DNA of 11,548 nucleotides, from positions 1-11,548 of the forward strand of contig JBGSTX010000223.1 of the NCBI GenBank assembly GCA_041736305.1. The letters are read 5' to 3'. Below the pieces are notes generated by a model. It was not told where the DNA came from. It did not search any database and was given only the letters and a program-made list of their open reading frames with translations. A program made the translations under genes and the position numbers. Source of the DNA: Oligoflexus sp. Lineage in GTDB: Bacteria > Bdellovibrionota_B > Oligoflexia > Oligoflexales > Oligoflexaceae. Positions 1 through 4,431 of the stretch are shown one piece after another. Position 1 is the stretch's first letter. The number at the start of each line of letters is the position of its first letter.

Positions 1-66
1 GGGTCCATAGGCCAAGGCCCAAGAATTCATTAATAAAGCCGTCAAAATTATGAAGAAAAATCGCAT
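1..66 (-). CDS. 5' end of a divergent gene encoding a secreted protein (runs off the left edge)
   Basis: On the - strand, AAGGAG (78-73) lies 6 nt before ATG at 66. The frame is open to the edge: MRFFFIILTALLMNSWALAYGP, a Sec signal peptide with an A-L-A cleavage site. It is not in the ORF track because it is truncated. Confidence 0.75.
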   Translation of the reverse strand, partial: MRFFFIILTALLMNSWALAYGP

Positions 67-133
67 CGTCGGCTCCTTCAAACGTTATGACTGCTCTATC
101 GGTCCATGCCTCGCGTATATCAAGCGCCCATCC

Positions 134-144
134 TATGATAAAAT
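134..144 (+). promoter_or_regulatory. Candidate sigma70 extended -10 element for the 191 gene
   Basis: TG-A-TAAAAT (136-144) overlaps TATGAT (134-139) in the 124-bp divergent intergenic region. No good -35 is visible. Confidence 0.35.
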
Positions 145-190
145 GTTCCCTACAGAACAATACCGACAACTTATGCCTTACGAGTGATCA

Positions 191-1045
191 ATGAAGCTTC
201 GGTTTCTCGTCTATCTCTGGTTACTCATCACAGGGTTCCTGGCTCACCAATACATGGTTCTTCATGATCTCATCCCAGGTCCTGATTTCACTCAGCTCGT
301 CCTTTGCAAAAAGTTTAAGCTCTGCGACTACGGCTCGCCCGCTCCCGGCCGGCCTCTCAGCTACGCTCTCGGTTGGTTGGGTTTCAGTGTGATGGCGCTG
401 ACCAATGTCTACATTCTAAGAAAGAAAATGCTTTCCCTGCAGAAGCTAGGCAATCTGCAGTCTTGGTTGAACTGGCACATTTTCTTTGGAATGTTGGGTC
501 CGACCTTTATCGTCTTTCACTGCGATTTTAAGGTGGGAGGCATCGTCAGCATCAGCTTCTGGAGTATGATCGTTTCCTTCAGTTCGGGGATCATCGGACG
601 CTACTTCTATATGCAGCTGCTGCAAGGCAAAGGCCTGCTGAAGCGAGAGATCGAAGTCCTAGAGTCGAGCTTTGACAAGTACATGCAGGCGTCGGGCCAG
701 AGGATACAGCCGCAGGCTTTACTAGCCGCTAAGGCCTATGCCTTCATGATGGTCGGGGGTGGGCCTGGGGGCACAGTCCGTGGGAAGAGTATCTTAGGAT
801 TCCTCTACTTCTCGACCTTAGGCAGCGTCCGTAGCAGTTTTCAGCTACCTCCGACTCCCTGGCCTGAAGGACGACCCTTCCGCTTGAAGTTGAAAGAGTG
901 GGCTCTCTTGAGAAAACGGCTTATTTCGATGCATTACTTTCAAATGCTCTTCGGTTACTGGCGCACCTTCCATACGCCTTTTGCCGTCTGGATGTATATA
1001 GTTGCTGTAATTCACATCATTTCATCCCTCATTTTCAAAGTATAG
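191..1045 (+). CDS. Inner-membrane protein, probable diheme cytochrome b (ferric-reductase-like transmembrane domain)
   Basis: Several hydrophobic helices. Two carry His pairs 14 residues apart: WLNWH96IFFGMLGPTFIVFH110 and WRTFH261TPFAVWMYIVAVIH275. The gene sits in a multiheme cytochrome cluster. Confidence 0.75.
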   Translation: MKLRFLVYLWLLITGFLAHQYMVLHDLIPGPDFTQLVLCKKFKLCDYGSPAPGRPLSYALGWLGFSVMALTNVYILRKKMLSLQKLGNLQSWLNWHIFFGMLGPTFIVFHCDFKVGGIVSISFWSMIVSFSSGIIGRYFYMQLLQGKGLLKREIEVLESSFDKYMQASGQRIQPQALLAAKAYAFMMVGGGPGGTVRGKSILGFLYFSTLGSVRSSFQLPPTPWPEGRPFRLKLKEWALLRKRLISMHYFQMLFGYWRTFHTPFAVWMYIVAVIHIISSLIFKV

Positions 1046-1087
1046 AGCCGCGTTAATGCCGTGAATATCGCGGCTTAAGTTCGCGAC

Positions 1088-1115
1088 TCAAGTTTAGGGA
1101 TCGACGCGCCGATGG
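1088..1115 (+). promoter_or_regulatory. Candidate sigma28 (FliA)-type promoter
   Basis: TCAAGTTT-N12-GCCGATGG versus consensus TAAAGTTT-N11-GCCGATAA, in the intergenic gap before the oxidoreductase. Confidence 0.4.
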
Positions 1116-1146
1116 AAGAGTGTCAACTCTATATCGGAATCTTGCT

Positions 1147-2499
1147 ATGCTCATGAAAATCTATTATTTAATTTCTCAATCGACCTGGCTTTTCGGGCTG
1201 GGATTTCTCATATTTCTTGCCTGGTACGGAACCCGGAAGCGCACCACTCATTTGATCGAAGCGCAAAAGCAGTGGGATGACGCCGTCGCCAAGAAAATGC
1301 ATGAGCCGCTGTCCTTACATCCAGAAATTGATCCGACTCTTTGCGGTGGCTGCGGGGCCTGCGTAGCAGCTTGCCCAGAAGGTGAGATCATCAAACTGAT
1401 CAATCATCGGGCCGTCCTCGTTGAGCCGGGCAAGTGCGTAGGTCACGGGCAGTGCGAGACAGCTTGCCCATACGATGCGATTCAACTGGTTTTTGGGACT
1501 AAAACGCGCGGTATGGAACTGCCCAGGATCGATGGAAATTTTCAGACCAATGTGCCGGGTCTCTATATCTCTGGCGAACTCGGCGGCATGGGCCTCATAA
1601 TCAACGCCGTGAAGCAGGGTCGCCTCGCTGCCGAACATGCAGCGAAGACAGTCAATCCAGGCGTGCAGGCTCAGTTCGATGTGCTAGTCGTCGGTGCAGG
1701 ACCTGCCGGTCTTTCCGCGGCATTGGCCTGCGCGGCAGCGAAACTGAAATACGTCTGCATCGAGCAAAATAAGTTCGGTGGTACCATCTATAACTTCCCA
1801 AAGCAAAAAGTGGTTATGTCCCAGCCTCTTGAATTCGCTTTGATGGGTCGCTTTAAATTCAGTAAAAATAAAGTCTCTAAGGAAGAGCTGCTCGGACTCT
1901 GGGGTCACGTTCGTCAGAAGGCTGGACTGTCCGTCAAAGAAGAGTGCCGCTTCATTAATCTGCAGAAAAAAGGCAGTATTTTTGAAGTTGAGACATCACT
2001 CGGAACCATGACCGCGCAGAAGGTGATTCTAGCCATGGGCGTGAGAGGCACACCGCGTAAGCTCGGGCTTAAAAATGAAGAGCTGAGCAAGGTCACCTAC
2101 AATTTGCTCGACCCCGAGCAGTATCAGCAGCGCTGGATAGCCGTCGTTGGTGGCGGTAACGCTGGGGTAGAGGCCGCTCAGTATCTATGTAAGGTAGACC
2201 TTCGCAATAGGGTCTTCCTCTTGGTCCGCGGGCCGACTTTCGATCGCTGCAATCAGGAAAACCAGGATATTATTTTCGACTATCAAAAGAAGGGATTGGT
2301 CACGATCTGCTTCAATTCTTCCATAGAAGAGATTCACACTGACCATCTTATAGTCAAAAAAGACGATCAACTTTTGCGCTTGCAAAACGACTTTGTCTTC
2401 ATATTTGCAGGAGCCATCATGCCCTTCGCGTTTTTGAAGAGCATAGGAGTCATGATCGAGACGAAATTCGGTGAAGCTGTTAAAAAAGCTAGCAGCTAA
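1147..2499 (+). CDS. Membrane-anchored 4Fe-4S dicluster / FAD-dependent NAD(P)H oxidoreductase (TrxR/FNR-like fold, circularly permuted)
   Basis: N-terminal TM helix (WLFGLGFLIFLAWYG followed by TRKR); ferredoxin motifs CGGCGACVAACP and CVGHGQCETACP; FAD motif DVLVVGAGPAG; NAD(P)H motif VVGGGNAG...LLVRG; motif TNVPGLYISGE. The start is uncertain (GTG 1120, ATG 1147 or ATG 1153). Confidence 0.88.
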   Translation: MLMKIYYLISQSTWLFGLGFLIFLAWYGTRKRTTHLIEAQKQWDDAVAKKMHEPLSLHPEIDPTLCGGCGACVAACPEGEIIKLINHRAVLVEPGKCVGHGQCETACPYDAIQLVFGTKTRGMELPRIDGNFQTNVPGLYISGELGGMGLIINAVKQGRLAAEHAAKTVNPGVQAQFDVLVVGAGPAGLSAALACAAAKLKYVCIEQNKFGGTIYNFPKQKVVMSQPLEFALMGRFKFSKNKVSKEELLGLWGHVRQKAGLSVKEECRFINLQKKGSIFEVETSLGTMTAQKVILAMGVRGTPRKLGLKNEELSKVTYNLLDPEQYQQRWIAVVGGGNAGVEAAQYLCKVDLRNRVFLLVRGPTFDRCNQENQDIIFDYQKKGLVTICFNSSIEEIHTDHLIVKKDDQLLRLQNDFVFIFAGAIMPFAFLKSIGVMIETKFGEAVKKASS

Positions 2500-2510
2500 G
2501 GGGAATACAC

Positions 2511-2936
2511 TTGCAAAAGCCGCGTTCTACTATCGGGCTCTTCGTCCTGCTTCTGCTCTTCCTAGAAGCTTGCGGAGGCAATACACCAGGTGTTACCACG
2601 CAGGCTTTCAAAGACCCCAGCACCCACGACCATGCGCTCTTCACCCAGCCCTGCTCCGCTTGCCATGAATATCGACGCTTGCCGCCGGCGCCCGAACTGA
2701 ACCTCGGGGCTCCGGTCTCAATACTCCATGGACTAGGTGGCAACTGCGCGGAAGCAGGCTGTCACGCCTATGCTAAAGCCGCTCCCGTCTGGAAACCGGT
2801 ATTTTTCAATCACACTCCTTATCCAAGCACCTGCTGGGGTTGCCACACTGTGACGGGTGAGAAGGCCACCCACGCGGCTCAAGGCGAATGCTCGGCTTGC
2901 CACTCCTTCCCCAAAGGTTGGAAAGGTTTGAAATAA
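2511..2936 (+). CDS. Tetraheme c-type cytochrome lipoprotein
   Basis: TTG start after AAGGGGA. Signal peptide with lipobox LEA-C21. Heme motifs CSACH, CAEAGCH (CX4CH), CWGCH and CSACH, with spare His residues available as distal ligands. Confidence 0.85.
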   Translation: MQKPRSTIGLFVLLLLFLEACGGNTPGVTTQAFKDPSTHDHALFTQPCSACHEYRRLPPAPELNLGAPVSILHGLGGNCAEAGCHAYAKAAPVWKPVFFNHTPYPSTCWGCHTVTGEKATHAAQGECSACHSFPKGWKGLK

Positions 2937-2997
2937 GCCAACCTTTTCCAAGCATCCAAGCAGCTAAGCTCAGTTTCCGACTCTCGGCATTCGGTGC

Positions 2998-3026
2998 TTG
3001 GGCCCTAGCTTTTAGCCTGCTACAAT
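2998..3026 (+). promoter_or_regulatory. Candidate sigma70 promoter for the porin and 33-heme cytochrome genes
   Basis: TTGGGC (2998-3003), a 17-nt spacer containing the extended TG (3018-3019), then TACAAT (3021-3026), 34 nt upstream of the porin start. Confidence 0.55.
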
Positions 3027-3060
3027 AAACTCTACGCATTTTTCAAAATGAGATAAAAGA

Positions 3061-4431
3061 TTGAAGATAATTTCTTTAGCAATAGAGGCTTCATTCTGTC
3101 TTTGTATCTGCTTCTTTGCTTTTGCTTTTGCCGCTGAAAGAGCCGAAGCAGTGGTGTCGCGAGGGCAGGTCCGAGCTGGGTACTACTCGCGCGGCGTCGA
3201 GTTCAAAGAGCCAGTGGCCGGCGAGACCAAGAACGACGAGCGCGTGATCTCAACCCAAGCTAAATTGGATGTCTCGGATTTCAACTCAACCGACGACAAA
3301 TTCCTCCTGGACGTACGCGATAAATACGATAGCTATGGCAAGCTCGAGCGCCAGAACCTACAGCTGAGCTCTTATAATCGGGTTATATTACGTACTGCAG
3401 CTTATCAGCGACCTTGGGAAGCCAATCGCCTCTACTTCACCGTGGGGCGTTTCTCGCTGCCCGAAGCCAACGTCATGGCCCACGATGGCGTTGATTTTGG
3501 CTATCGCTATAGTAGGAGCACGCGCATCGGCCTCTTCGGAGGGCAAGGCCCCGAAGATGTGCTCACTCCTCTCTATGTGGATCCCAATACTACCCAAGTG
3601 AAAAACGCTCAGCTGGGTTCTTACGTGGCTTATGAGAAAAAAGATGGAGTGGAAGACAGCACCTACATGACGAATGCTCTGGCATTGGCGCCTAGTTACT
3701 ACATCACGGATGCCGATAGCCATACCTATTTCTACCATCAAACCATGATGACCTTTACGCCGACGCATCGCGTGATGGCGATCGTGCATCAGGACCTTTC
3801 GCCAGCATCGAGTCTGCGCCGAGCCTATGCCTCCTATACCTATTTTAGCGAACGCTACCGAGGCACAGCCGCTCTCCAGCAGACCAACACCGAAGATTAT
3901 CTCATCAAGCAAATCGTTCAAGATACACTAGCGCCGAGTGCGGTGCGCAGTCTCGATCTCGATTTCCGTCAGCGGCTCAGCCCAACTTTGTCTCTCGACT
4001 ACAGTGCTAGCTATGGGACCCGCTCGGTCGATGGCAAAACGCGCACCGAGCTCGCCTTCGGGGTTTTGCTACCTAAGCTTTTTCTCGATACCGGTTCGGC
4101 TAAAGCCCAGCTCGGGGTACGTAATAACTTTGTCAGCAACGATAAATTCCTACGGGTCGGCTACGATTACTGGAGCAAGTCCTTCGGCGGTGGCTTCTCT
4201 CATCTGATCGTCAACGAAGAATATGCTAGCGGCGAAAAGAACAACCGTCAGATCACAACTCTAGATGGCGGATTTTTTCTCAGCGAAGAAATTCGAGGCT
4301 CGGTCGGGCTGCAAAGAGAACAGGATAATTCGGTCAGCGCTAACGCCTTATTTTTGATGCTAGGCTACCGCTTCGGATCCGGCTCGGTGTCTAGCGTTCC
4401 CAGCAAAACCCCTCGCTTCGAGAGTATTTGA
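3061..4431 (+). CDS. Outer-membrane beta-barrel protein (putative porin of a porin-cytochrome complex)
   Basis: Signal peptide probably ending AEA. Many amphipathic strands with aromatic residues (LYFTVGRF, DGVDFGYRY, LSLDYSASYG, FLRVGYDYW, LFLMLGYRF). No heme motifs. It lies between two cytochrome genes. Confidence 0.8.
   Translation: MKIISLAIEASFCLCICFFAFAFAAERAEAVVSRGQVRAGYYSRGVEFKEPVAGETKNDERVISTQAKLDVSDFNSTDDKFLLDVRDKYDSYGKLERQNLQLSSYNRVILRTAAYQRPWEANRLYFTVGRFSLPEANVMAHDGVDFGYRYSRSTRIGLFGGQGPEDVLTPLYVDPNTTQVKNAQLGSYVAYEKKDGVEDSTYMTNALALAPSYYITDADSHTYFYHQTMMTFTPTHRVMAIVHQDLSPASSLRRAYASYTYFSERYRGTAALQQTNTEDYLIKQIVQDTLAPSAVRSLDLDFRQRLSPTLSLDYSASYGTRSVDGKTRTELAFGVLLPKLFLDTGSAKAQLGVRNNFVSNDKFLRVGYDYWSKSFGGGFSHLIVNEEYASGEKNNRQITTLDGGFFLSEEIRGSVGLQREQDNSVSANALFLMLGYRFGSGSVSSVPSKTPRFESI

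Noticed and set aside
50-187. 45-codon + strand ORF (MKKNRIVGSF...) in frame with the 191 gene
   Set aside because: It has no RBS, overlaps the better-supported divergent gene start and promoter region, and shows no recognisable motif.
1046-1075. Inverted repeat AGCCGCG...CGCGGCT after the first gene
   Set aside because: A 7-bp stem with a 16-nt loop and no U-tract is not a convincing terminator; at most it is an mRNA-stabilising hairpin.
3115-3132. (TTTGCT)2-TTTGCC repeat in the porin signal peptide
   Set aside because: It is short and in frame and simply encodes FAFAFA, with no sign of phase variation.
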